From the human T2T-CHM13v2.0 reference genome, Homo sapiens, in NCBI RefSeq assembly GCF_009914755.1, contig NC_060931.1: 64,000 nt of DNA. One strand, given 5' to 3'. This document shows, piece by piece, positions 1 through 11,479 of this stretch (positions within the stretch are counted from its first letter, which is position 1; each line of letters opens with the position of its first letter). The notes under the pieces are model-generated. The model was not told the DNA's origin, made no database searches, and saw only the letters and a list, made by a program, of their open reading frames with translations. The translations under genes were made by a program, and so were the position numbers.

Positions 1-1
1 G

Positions 2-325
2 ACAGTGGGGGCAGGACAGTGGATGCAGCCCACCGAGCATGAGCCAAAGCAGGGCGAGGCATCGCCTCACCTGGGAAGCACAAGGGGTCAGGGAATTCCC
101 TTTCCTAGCCAAGGAAAGGGGTGACAGATTGCACCTGGAAAATCGGGTCACTCCCACCCTAATACTGCACTTTTCCAAAAGTCTTAGCAAACGACACACC
201 AGGAGATTATATCCCGCGCCTGGCTCAGAGGGTCCCACGCCCACGGAGCCTCGCTCATTGCTAGCACAGCAGTCTAAGATCGAACTGGAAGGTGGCAGCG
301 AGGCTGGGGGAGGGGTGCCCGCCAT
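2..325 (-). CDS. L1 antisense ORF0-like frame, open for at least 108 codons (runs off the window)
   Basis: gcaATGG start at 325; MAGTPPPASLPPSSSILDCCASNERGSVGVGPSEPGAGYNLLVCRLLRLLEKCSIRVGVTRFSRC... resembles primate L1 ORF0; no in-frame stop down to position 2. Expression unknown. Confidence 0.6.
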   Translation of the reverse strand, partial: MAGTPPPASLPPSSSILDCCASNERGSVGVGPSEPGAGYNLLVCRLLRLLEKCSIRVGVTRFSRCNLSPLSLARKGNSLTPCASQVRRCLALLWLMLGGLHPLSCPHC

Positions 326-886
326 TGCTAAGGCTTGAGCAGGTAAACAAAATGGCCGGGAAGCTCAAACTGGGTGGAGCCCACCACAGCTCAAGGAGGC
401 CTGCCTGCCTCTGTAGACTCCACCTCTCGGGGCAGGGCGTAGCTGAACAAAAGGCAGTCAAAATCTCTCCAGACTTAAATAACCCTGTCTGACAGCTTTG
501 AAGAGAGTAGTGGTTCTCCCAGCACAGAGTTTGAGATCTAAGAACGGACAGACTGCCTCCTCAGGTGGGTCCCTGACCCCCGAGTAGGCTGAGAGGCACT
601 CCCCAGTAGGGGCAGACTAAAACCTCACACGGCTGGGTACCCCTCTGAGATGAAGCTTCCAGAGGAACGATCAGGCAGCAACATTTGCTGTTCACCAATA
701 TTCGCTGTTCTGTAGCCTCCACTGCTGATACCCAGGCAAACAGGTCTGGAGGGGAAACTCCAACAGACTGGCAGCTGAGGGTCCTGATTGCAAGAAGGAA
801 AACTAACAAACAGAAAGGACATCCACACCAAAACCCCATCTGTATGTCACCATCATCAAAGACCAAAGGTAGATAAAACCACAAAG

Positions 887-1903
887 ATGGGGAAAAAAAA
901 CAGAAGAAAAGCTGAAAATTCTGAAGATCAGAGCACTGCTCCCCCTCCAAAGGAACGCAGCTCCTCACCAGCAATGGAACAAAGCTGGATGGAGAATGAC
1001 TTTGACAAGTTGAGAGAAGAAGGCTTCAGACAATCAAACTTCTCCGAGCTAAAGGAGGAAATTCAAACCCATGGCAAAGAAGCTAAAAACCTTTAAAAAA
1101 GATTAGACGAATGGCTAACTAGAATAACTAGTGTAGAGAAGTCCTTAAATGACCTGATGGAGCTGAAAACCATGACAAGAGAACTACCTGACAAATGCAC
1201 AAGCTTCAGTAGCTGATTCGATCAACTGGAAGAAAGTGTATCAGTGATTGAAGATCAAATGAATGAAATGAAACAAGAACAGAAGTTTAGAGAAAAAAGA
1301 GTAAAAAGAAATGAACAAAGCCTCCAAGAAATATGGTACTATGTGAAAAGACCAAATCTATGTCTGATTGGTGTACCTGAAAGTGACGGAGAGAATGGAA
1401 CCAAGTTGGAAAACACTCTGCAAGATATTATCCAGGAGAACTTCCCCAACCTAGCAAGGCAGGCCAACATTCTGATTGAGGAAATACAGAGAATGCCACA
1501 AAGATACTCCTTGAGAAGAGCAACTCCAAGACACATAATTGTCACATTCACCAAAGTTGAAATGAAGGAAAAAATGTTAAGGGTAGCCAGAGAGAAAGGC
1601 TGGGTCACCCACAAAGGGAAGCCCATCAGACTAACAGTGGATCTCTTGGCAGAAACTCTACAAGCCAGAAGAGAGTGAGGGCCAATATTCAACATTCTTA
1701 AAGAAAAGAATTTTCAACTCAGAATTTCATATCCAGCCAAACAAAGCTTCAGGAGTGAAGGAGAAATAAAATCCTTTACAGACAAGCAAATGCTGAGAGA
1801 TTTTGTCACCATCAGGCCTGCCCTAAAAGAGCTCCTGAAGAAGGCACTAAACATGGAAAGGAATAACTGGTACCTGCCACTGCAAAAACATGCCAAATTG
1901 TAA
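887..1903 (+). pseudogene. L1 ORF1p remnant, canonical length (338 codons plus stop), with in-frame nonsense codons
   Basis: MGKKNRRKAENS... to ...KHAKL* in one frame; premature stops at 1094, 1214 and 1676. Confidence 0.93.
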
Positions 1904-1966
1904 AGACCATAAATGCTAGGAAGAAACTGCATCAACTAATGAGCAAAATAACCAGCTAACATCATA

Positions 1967-2651
1967 ATGACAGGATCAAATTCACACATAACAATACTAA
2001 CCTTAAATGTGAATGGGCCAAATGCTCCAATTAAAAGACACAGACTGGCAAATTGGATAAAAAGTCAAGACCCATCAGTGTGATGTATTCAGGAGACCTA
2101 TCACATGTGCAGAGACACACATAGGCTCAAAATAAAGGGATGGAAGAAGATCTACGAAGCAAATGGAAAACAAAAAAAGGCAGGGGTTGCAATCCTAGTC
2201 TCTGACAAAACAAATGTTAAACCAGCAAAGATCAAAAGAGACAAAGAAGGCCATTACATAATGGTAAAGGGATCAATTCAACAAGAAGAGCTAACTATCC
2301 TAAATATATATGCACCCAATACAGGAGCACCCAGATTCATAAAGCAAGTCCTTAGAGAACTACAAAGAGACTTAGACTCCCACACAGTAATAATGGGAGA
2401 CTTTAACACCCCACTGTCAACATTAGACAGATCAACGAGACAGAAAGTTAACAAGGATATCCAGGACTTGAACTCAGCTCTGCACCAAGCAGACCTAATA
2501 GACATCTACAGAACTCTCCACCCCAAATCAATGGAATACACATTCTTCTCAGCACCACACTGCACTTATTCCAAAATTGACCACATAGTTGGAAGTAAAG
2601 CACTCCTCAGCAAATGTAAAAGAACAGAAATTATAACAAACTGTCCTTCAG
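1967..2651 (+). pseudogene. L1 ORF2p APE-type endonuclease remnant
   Basis: MTGSNSHITILTLNVNG..., NIYAPN, GDFNTPL, YSKIDHIVG; TGA at 2081; truncated just before the SDH motif. Confidence 0.93.
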
Positions 2652-3177
2652 AAATACCATTTGACCTAGCAATCCCTATATGAGTATATACCTAAAGGAA
2701 TATAAATCATTCTACTATAAAGACACATGCACATGTATGTTTATAGCAGCACTATTTACAATAGCAAAGACATGGAACCAACCCAAATGCTTATCAATGA
2801 TAGAGTGATTAAGAAAATATGGTACATATACACCATGGAATACTATGAAGCCATAAGAAGGAATGAGATCATGTCCTTTGCAGTGACATGGATGAAGCTA
2901 GAAGCCATCATCCTCAGCAAACTAACATGGAACAGAAAACCAAACACCGCATGTTCTCACTCATAAGTGGGAGTTGAACATTGAGGACACATGGACACAC
3001 AGAGGGGAACAAAACATACCAGGGCCTGTCGGAGGGTGGAGTGGAAGGGAGGAAACTTAGAGGATGGGTCAATAGGTGCAGCCAACCACCACAGCACATG
3101 TATACTTATGTAACAAACCTGCGTATTCTGCACACGTATCCCTTTTTTTCAGGATAAAGAAAAAAATAAAAATAAAG
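2648..3177 (+). mobile_element. LINE-1 3' end of an older L1PA10/L1PA11-like element
   Basis: ORF2 C-terminus (…IWYIYTMEYY…) with frameshifts; 3'UTR ending in gtatccc-T-run-...ataaag-A tail. Confidence 0.85.
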
Positions 3178-4166
3178 AGGCTATTTCTTGTCATACCTTA
3201 TTGTATCAGAATAAAAAGAGAAAGAAGGGCTTCAGAGTTGTGTACCAATGGCATTGCAAAAAGTGGTGCAAACATGGAAAGAGGCTGATTAGGAACACTT
3301 TCCTCCTTCTCTCCCCACATTCTCCCTACTCTCGTTTCCTTATATAGTACAAATGCTGAAAGAGAAGTCAATGCCTCCTTTTGAAAGGGAATCTGTAACA
3401 TTCAGACAATATGGACGACATATGAACTCATTATGAGAGCCTGCAAACAAAGGCTCCCTTGTCATTTTTCATGAGATTGAATATTTCTGCTTATCACTTA
3501 ATCATCAACTTTGTGGTGCTGGGCACTGTCTACAGATATCAGGAGGGAGACAAAACAAATTAAAGGCATGCTTTCTCTCTGTAGAAAGGTACAAAACAAT
3601 TGGTTACCCACAGCATATATACAGGAAAGAAATAAAAATGAAAAATGTGAAAAGTTCTCAAAGCAATGTGTAAATGGATACAAATGATCATGCTGTCAAG
3701 AAAGCACAACCACAAGAAAGAAATGTGAGATTAATTTTTTTCATAATAAAGGAGCATTATAAATGGAAGATGTCCTGGAAAGTGGAATTTAGAATTGGGT
3801 TTTAAAGGCATGGCAGGGAAGAGTATGGATGGTCAGGTCTCTGCATCTGTCATTTGTTTCAAGTTCTAGCCAGCAACAGGACACCCATCTTCCCCTGACA
3901 CCCCTTTCCACCCCCTACAACTCTGTCAATTGTAGTGACAGGATTATCTCAGGTACATGATGCACAACGGGCTCTTTAAAGTGCAATGTTTCACAATCCC
4001 ATCATTGTATACTGTTTTATTTTCTGTGCCACACTGCCTGAGTACTTCATCTGTTACACGTTTTCCATAGGATCCAAAGCAGAGCTCTGCTTTCTGAAAG
4101 ACAATAGTTACCAACATGTTCTATCCCTAAAATGCATAAAATTTGGAGGATTCCTTCAGAGCAAGA

Positions 4167-5448
4167 CAGAAAAATACAAGTGTGATTCATTTTCTGTCCC
4201 TATTCTCCAAACTCTCTCAAAGAAAATTATTTCATTTTGGACTCCCTCAGGGAGAAACTAAAATTCTAAGATTCTAAGAGCCTTAAGGGCTAGTAGTGGT
4301 TACCCAGAGCTGAAGAGTTCAGCAAGAAGAGAATATGAGAATGAGAGAAGAATTTACAATGAAAAGAAAGAGAAAAGAGGGTAAAAAAGGACTTACATCA
4401 AACGTTCAAGGCAGAATCCTACATGCCAAAATTTTTAAGCTTTAAGAATTTTATAAACTTTATTTCCTCCAGAGATCCTTTATATTTAAACGTGTCACAG
4501 AAGGCACAGTTCTCCTCCAGCCTCCCCAGTTCTGCTCATCTTGCCACTGGACTTTTTGCAAAGTCGAAAGCAAGTTCTGTGTTAAAAGCTGATGGTCAGA
4601 ATAAGTGGTTTCAGCTGCTGCTGCTGCTCCAGGCTTTGATTTGGGGAGGAGGAACTGATACCTGGTCTTTGGCCTGAGAGATTGGGCTATATGCACTAGT
4701 TCCATCTTTCCACTTTGTAGCAGTAGAAGGACACATTTTCTCTCCTCCCTTTCCTGGTCAGTTTTTGTCTGAGTGTTCTGACATGTCAAGAGGAAGCCCA
4801 CGGGACAATCTCAGTAACTAGTAGATCTACTAAAATCTGGGGGGAAAAAATGGCCCCATCTTTGCAGAACACAGATCCACACTGACCCTGATTTCTCATT
4901 TGTTCTCTCTCTTCCCCACTCCTCCCTTCTCCCCTTGTCTAAATAAACTGCGCTATTCCCATAAACCACTGAGAAGCCACAAGATTTCTCAAGTCTGCTT
5001 CCTGGAAATGTATAAGGAAAATTATGTTCTCTCATTTTCATACATTTGCAGGGAGAGACAAGAAATCCTTATTACACCAAGGGATTCACCCAAGCAAAAC
5101 TGCCAATGCCAGTTATGCCTGCTTTTCTATATTCCTCCCATTTCTACCCTATCTGCTCTCTTGATCACTAAGCTTAGAGAACATAAATAGCCATCCAGAG
5201 CAAACACCTCAGTGTTTCCCTACACACAATTGCTACCCTGAATATTTTATTTGATTCAGGAGTTGAAACAAGGATATCACTTCTTCAAGAATTGTCTCTA
5301 TTTCCTGTTTCAGGAAAGCAGAGAAATACAAGTGTCATTCATGTTCTGCCCCTATTCTCCAAACCATCTCAAAGAAAATTATTTCATTTTAGGATCTCTC
5401 TGGAAGAAACTAAAATTCTAAGATTCTAGGAGCCTAAGGAGCTAGTAG
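4167..5448 (+). repeat. Pair of ~130-bp direct repeats (4167-4296 and 5319-5448)
   Basis: Both read caga.aaatacaagtgt.attcat.ttctg.ccctattctccaaac..tctcaaagaaaattatttcatttt...agaaactaaaattctaagattcta.gagcct...gctagtag; offset 1152 bp. Confidence 0.9.
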
Positions 5449-6349
5449 ATAGCCTAAGAGGTAGATGTGTTATAATTCTAAAATTTGGTAAGGAAGCAGA
5501 AATTGGGACTTTCTTTAACATTCTATTAAGCTTGAAATTAGAACTTGATTTTTGTCAAGCCCAACTTTCACTGGGCTTGACATTTTGAAATAGAGGAACA
5601 GAACTCAGAATTATAGCAGTGCTTGTCTCTTCCTCAAGGATGTACCTCAGCTCTCAGAATAGTTTGGATATCAATAAATCATCATTTAATGAGAGAATAA
5701 ATGGTAGCCTTAGAGGTTGAAGATGACAATTCTGGGTGATCAGTAATCTCTGTTTAAGTTGGCAGTCAAAGGGTGAGTTGAAACAGCCTTCATCATAATG
5801 AAGGGTGAATCAGGAACAATGGCTTCTGCTTTGGTTTAATCTGGCTTTATATTTATTGCTTTATATTTATATTTACTAATTAAAAACTGTATACATATAT
5901 ATACATCTACTAAATATAAACAATATTTATATATATATATATATATGCATACACACATACAAATATATTCTTTCCATCGAATCATGGAGTTGAAAACTAC
6001 CTTAGTGATTATCTACTATCATTTTTCTTATAGGGCCACAATGCAAAAGACTCTCCATCTACATTATCTGCTGCTTTACTCAACGTTGTAGAAAAACTCC
6101 TAGTTTTCTACTAAATTACTTCTTCCTGTAAGATATCAGAAAGACAATTTTAAAATAGATGTAAATTTTCTCTAAATCAATTTCTGTGAGTAGGAAGAAG
6201 GAAATTTGTCACTTTCAAAGTTTTATAAGTTTTTTATCACAGTGGATGGTACTAGTACAACTCTATGTCAATGTCTCGACATGCTCCCCACAAAGATAGC
6301 CAATTCTATTTATTCTTCCAGTTGTGCAACTTTAGAGAGGAAGAGAAAC

Positions 6350-6550
6350 TAGCACATATTAAGTGCTTGCTACAATAATATACCAGGTATCCTACAAATA
6401 AGCTCTTTCTATCTTCACAACAACTCAATGATTTTAAGTATTTCACCCAATTCCTAGGTAACGAAATGCAACCTTAAAGAGACCAGTCATGAGCTAAAAA
6501 GTGGTAGAGCTAGAATGTCACATCAGTTTTGTCTGAATCCAAAATCTATA
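6350..6550 (-). mobile_element. MIR SINE fragment
   Basis: cttcacaacaac...gtggtagagctagaat...tctgaatccaaa resembles reverse MIR; highly diverged. Confidence 0.55.
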
Positions 6551-6904
6551 CTCTTTTTCTTTTTGTATATGAAAAGTTACCAAAAAGAAACCGCTCCCAA
6601 CAAAACTGTATTGTCTATGGTAAACACAATATCTTCCCAAATGAAGGAAAGAATATCTAAAGAGATAGACAATGGAAATCAATACCCCTGGGATTATGCA
6701 GTGTCTTTACACAAGATCTGTGAATTTCCATGGATTGAGGGAATTATTTAGCTTACATATTTCTAGGAAGCCTTCTAGCGCACATTAGCAAATATTTGTT
6801 GCATGCATATTTGTGAGAAACTAGAAGTACCATGCTTAGCCTTTCTTTCATAAGTAATCAAGACTTAACAAGAGAAATACTGAGCTAAAGATAGCATAAT
6901 AGAT

Positions 6905-7722
6905 TTATTTTTGACAATTACTCACTTCCTCCTTCACTGTAAAACAACTGTATATCCCTGCCCTATTGAACTGGGCTTATTATAGCACTTGCTGTGACAT
7001 TTGGGATATGAGTATATATGACATACGCCATGTTCAGGCAGATATTTTTAAGTGCAGATTCATATTTTGACTTGAACTAATTCACCAAGTGATTACAACT
7101 AATATATCTAGAATGGTAATACTTCTTGTTTTTCCTGGTCAAGCCAACACATAGGAATTACATACCTATCAAGAGCAGTAGGTCAGTAATACCCAGATTC
7201 TCCACATACTGGCATGGGGGCATGTTCACCTTGTGGAGCATATCAGATTCCAGTAGATGACTTAACTATTGAAAAATATATCCTCTTCTTCTCAAGAGAT
7301 ATGCCCCCAAAGGGGAGTATAGGAAATTATGTTGCCCTTTACAAAATATTCTGATTTTTCTTCATGCAGTAACCATCTCTTGGGAAGGATTAAATATCCC
7401 CACAGTATAGAATTCAAAAATGCCCAGGTGACCTGCTTTGGCCAACAAAAGGTGAACAGAAGTGATATGTGATATTTGGGGACATGAGCTTTAACAGCCA
7501 TTTTGTTGTTCTCCATATCTCTCATCTATACCATGATAACCGAAATGCTCAACATAGAGGTTGCTCTGTTTTACCAGGTCACAGAGTGAAAAAAAAATGT
7601 GGAAGCAAATTCATAGATGACCCATGGCAGACTTGTATTTCTTGCATACATGAGAAATTTGAAACTCTAAGCACTGAGAATTGTGGTCCTTTGTTATTAC
7701 AGCAAATATATACTTATTCTGA
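6905..7722 (+). mobile_element. MLT1 (MLT1I/J-like) MaLR LTR fragments, clearest at ~7315-7722
   Basis: gtgacctgctttggccaac...agaagtgatatgtg...aagcactgagaattgtggtcctttgttattacagca, typical MLT1J-type motifs. Confidence 0.6.
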
Positions 7723-9083
7723 AGAATACAAGGAATATATATTTCCCTCTTGATAATTACTGATTTAGTGGACTTTAGGGCATTTAAGCAATCTTCTCTC
7801 TATTGTTTCTCTCAATTGACTTTTAGAAAGGCACTAAATAGTTCAAGATTATATTCTGACAAGTACCTATAGCGTGTCTACTCTAAATGTTGATTTTAAT
7901 GTAGATTTTAGATTTAACAATTAATAAATGTGAGGCTAGATGTTATACCCGTTTAAAACAATTAAGGAGTTTAACAAAGATGTTTGCCTGAACGGAAGAG
8001 ATAAACCAAGCAACTGCCTGTATCCAACATTTACTTAAAAACTAATTGTGGTGGTTCCTGACCAAAGAGGTAGCATACAGATAAACAGATAGATGACAGG
8101 GAGACAGACAGACAAACAGATGTATATCCAAAATCCTGCTCGTATAGCAAGGTCAATCTCATTTTAACATGGAGAGAGATTTGGATATTTAGTATAATTG
8201 AGTATACTTCTCAACCAATATTTGTTTTGTTTTTACTGAAACATCCATAGCTTCAAGTAAAATAGCTTCCTATTAAACACCCCATATAAATTTATTTCAA
8301 AACACATTTCTATACAGCTAAATATTAGATTATTATTCATAAACCAGTTAAAATTAGAGAACCCTCACTGATGAAAACTTTGATTTTAAAGTAGTTGATC
8401 TATAAGCCTTCTGTCTTCTAGGATTAGAGAGCGGAATTACTCTTTTATTCAAGCCACTCCTAGATTTTGATGCTAACATTTCACCCTCTTCATTATGACA
8501 GAATGCATGGCTAACTTCACTCCTGAAGACAAGCATGTTTCTAGAATATCTGAACATGAAATCAAATTACTGAGGAACAGATTAAAGAGATGGGAAGGGG
8601 AACTTAAATACATATTATTTTTAATCATTTCTGAAATTATTGTTTAAAGTATCAACACAGCATTTTTACCAACATTCTCTTGGCTCAGTGCAGCCTAGGG
8701 TCTGTAGTAACAGTAAAATATAACAAATATCTGCCCACAGAGTGAAAAAACAAAGAAAGGCTATTAAAATTTGTAATATTTTATTATTGTTGTATTATTT
8801 CTGTATTATTTCTGGTATTTCATTCAAAAGAGTACAGGTTTACTGGTGGAAGTGATAGGCCTCCCTGATCTTACTGGACCTCTACATTGAACACTGAGCT
8901 AAGAAGTATAATTTATAACTTATAAAGTATAAAAATGGCATATGTTTTAGATTGAACGACTTAAAAATGTATGTATTTATAATTTAGAGAAAATAAAGGA
9001 TTGTCCTGGGCCCAATGAGGCAGCATCATGTCCATAGGACTAGGAAAGGTAAACAAGCTAAGATTATTGGAACTCAGTGGTTG

Positions 9084-9084
<1 letters not shown>

Positions 9085-9130
<46 letters not shown>
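9085..9130. repeat. (TG)23 microsatellite
   Basis: Perfect dinucleotide run. Confidence 0.98.
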
Positions 9131-9134
<4 letters not shown>

Positions 9135-10639
9135 GTGTGGGTGGGGGGTTGTCTTTAAATACTCATGGTGCAGAAGTCTTTCCTGGGTGGCATTTAGTTA
9201 TTGATGACTGAACTTCACCATCATGCTGCTTATTTCTAAACATATTAATTTCAGCTTGACATTTGCTTTATGAACATTTGATTTCAGAGTTAAGAAAACA
9301 GCTTAACTAGAACAGATATTCAAAATTAAAGGTTATTTATATAATCACTAACACAGTGATGTTTAAGACTTTTGGAACTGCTATGAAATTTTAAGTTTAT
9401 GATATCATGCCATATACTTTGAAAAATTAATTCAAATTAGTTTGGAAACAAGCACTTTTATATCCACTGAAAATTTCATTAGCAATAGAAATATAAGGTT
9501 ATAAGCAAAGAAATGGTAGAACAATAGAAAGATGTCTACAGAGGTTAAAATTGGGTTTTTTTCACATCTTCATTAAAGATCTAAAAGTGATAATGAGCAG
9601 ATTATTCAAATGTACAAATATTAGGAAAGAATAATAAAGTCATTAGAAAAAAATAGTGGGTACTTACATATCAAAATTAGATTAATTTTAAATGGCAAAG
9701 ATCTGGAAAATAGACATAGATATTAGAAAAAGAGAGAGGGAAAAGAACCTGGAAAGCAATAATGGAAATAAATTTATCTACTATATTATGTGAAAATCTC
9801 AATGTTATCTGAAAAGATGCTGTTACTGCAGGAAGTTTGAAGTTTTCTATATCTCCTAAGGCCTAAGCTCTTTGTAGTGCTGGATATTGCCCTATAGAAA
9901 GCACTGATTCTTCAACAATTATAACGTGGATGGAGAATAATACAAGGCAACTATGCACCATAACTTTTTCTTTTGATACTATCATATCAAAACTGGTACA
10001 CAGAATTTTTGAAGTCTGGTGGAAACAGAACAAAATATTCAATACATCTGGTCAGGTACGTTATTCATAATGAGTCTTCTATTCCATAGGTTACCCTCAA
10101 CCCACAATTAATTCCCTCCAGTTAAAGTTACCTACTGTGTGCTGATTCTCAGGGCATCCATGGGAAGCAGGACAATAAAATGATCTCTTCCTCATCTCTC
10201 AGCTAATAATTGTGGCTTTATCAGAGCCAAAGCCACAATAATATATTCCCTCAAAATGGTTATAGTGTATTAGTTTTCCATATTTTCCAGAGTCATCATG
10301 TACCACAGTAAAGACAAAGGAATCATTGGGAACTCTGGTTTTGAATATATCTCTAGAGAAGCAGCTGGGGCCTTGACCACAAGGCTCGGGAGCCTGTTCT
10401 TGGCCAAGTATTCTAATGTGTTGACCAGCAGCTAACCATAGTGTTGAGTTAATCAAGGCTGTTTAGCATGGAGTAAGAATCCACAGAATTGATACGGCCA
10501 TCAAGTGTCTCTTGGAGAGCCCTGAAGAAGTGTCACTGGAATGGCATTTTTGGAAACTAGGAAGTGAAGGTAACACATTCAAAATAGGCTAATGAGTGGT
10601 CTTTTCTTGCAGGCTAAAATAGGAGCAATTAAAAAATTG

Positions 10640-10724
10640 CAACTAGGCCAATGACTGCCTGATCTTTAAACTCAGGGGACATCAACTAGGCCAATGACTG
10701 CCTGATGTTTAAACTCAGGGGACA
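10640..10724 (+). repeat. 43-bp tandem duplication (2 copies)
   Basis: caactaggccaatgactgcctgat(c/g)tttaaactcaggggaca twice, 1 mismatch. Confidence 0.95.
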
Positions 10725-11479
10725 GTGAGAGGAGCAATGCTTATTTCAGGTTGAGAGATGTCTGTCTAAAAGATGATCAGGTCATATCTCCACCATTAAT
10801 ATCGGTAAGAGTCAAGGGTGATAAGGGCAAAAGAGCAAAACTGTAATTCTGCCTGGATAAACCTTTTTTCTAGCTTTTGCAAATACCAGAGACAGACAGT
10901 CTAAAAAGGTTAATGCTAATGACACTGATCATTGAAAAATGAATTTAGGTGCCCCCTCTGCCCATACTTTTTCCTTTGGGATAATCATAATAAATAGCTG
11001 TTCCCTGTGGTCAAAGAATTGAGAAATCACTAAAATAATTTGGAATAAATAGACACGTATAATACGGAAGCACAAGAAAAGAAATGAACTGTCATTTCAA
11101 AGGCATTCTGCGGAGGAATCTTGCAGTTTTCAAGTTGAAAGCTGTTTTTTTGGCACAACAAACTAGAACTGCAAAAGCAGTCCAATCTAAGATGCTTGTT
11201 ATCTTTCCTCAAAAATCTTCGCAGAATGATGTTCCATTTTGTTGTTTTCATTAGCACATTTTTAATTAATATTTTAATATCTAATATTTTCAATGTCCTG
11301 GGGCCAAGCAAATCATCAATTAGTTACTTCTAATAAAATACCAGGAAAAGTAAGGTGGCAAATAGCCGTATTCCAAAGATCCACAAGAAAGCCAAAATGG
11401 TTGGTTCTATTGTCAATCATAAAGTTATCAGTTTTTCTTAGGGCTTCATATAACTTCCATAACTTATTTCTGCACATAT

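Larger units (their letters stand above)
1..2651 (+). mobile_element. LINE-1 (L1PA4-L1PA7-like) 5' part: 5'UTR (window starts inside it), ORF1, 63-bp spacer, ORF2 endonuclease region; cut off at ~2650
   Basis: CpG-bearing L1 5'UTR. ORF1 887-1903, spacer 1904-1966 (63 bp), ORF2 ATG at 1967. Retains the 5'UTR segment (~639-758) that is deleted in the youngest L1PA3/L1PA2/L1HS elements. Confidence 0.95.

Noticed and set aside
4460-4801. 113-aa minus-strand ORF as a protein-coding gene
   Set aside because: No recognisable homology or domain, and the listed start is GTG; kept only as a possible non-coding terminal exon
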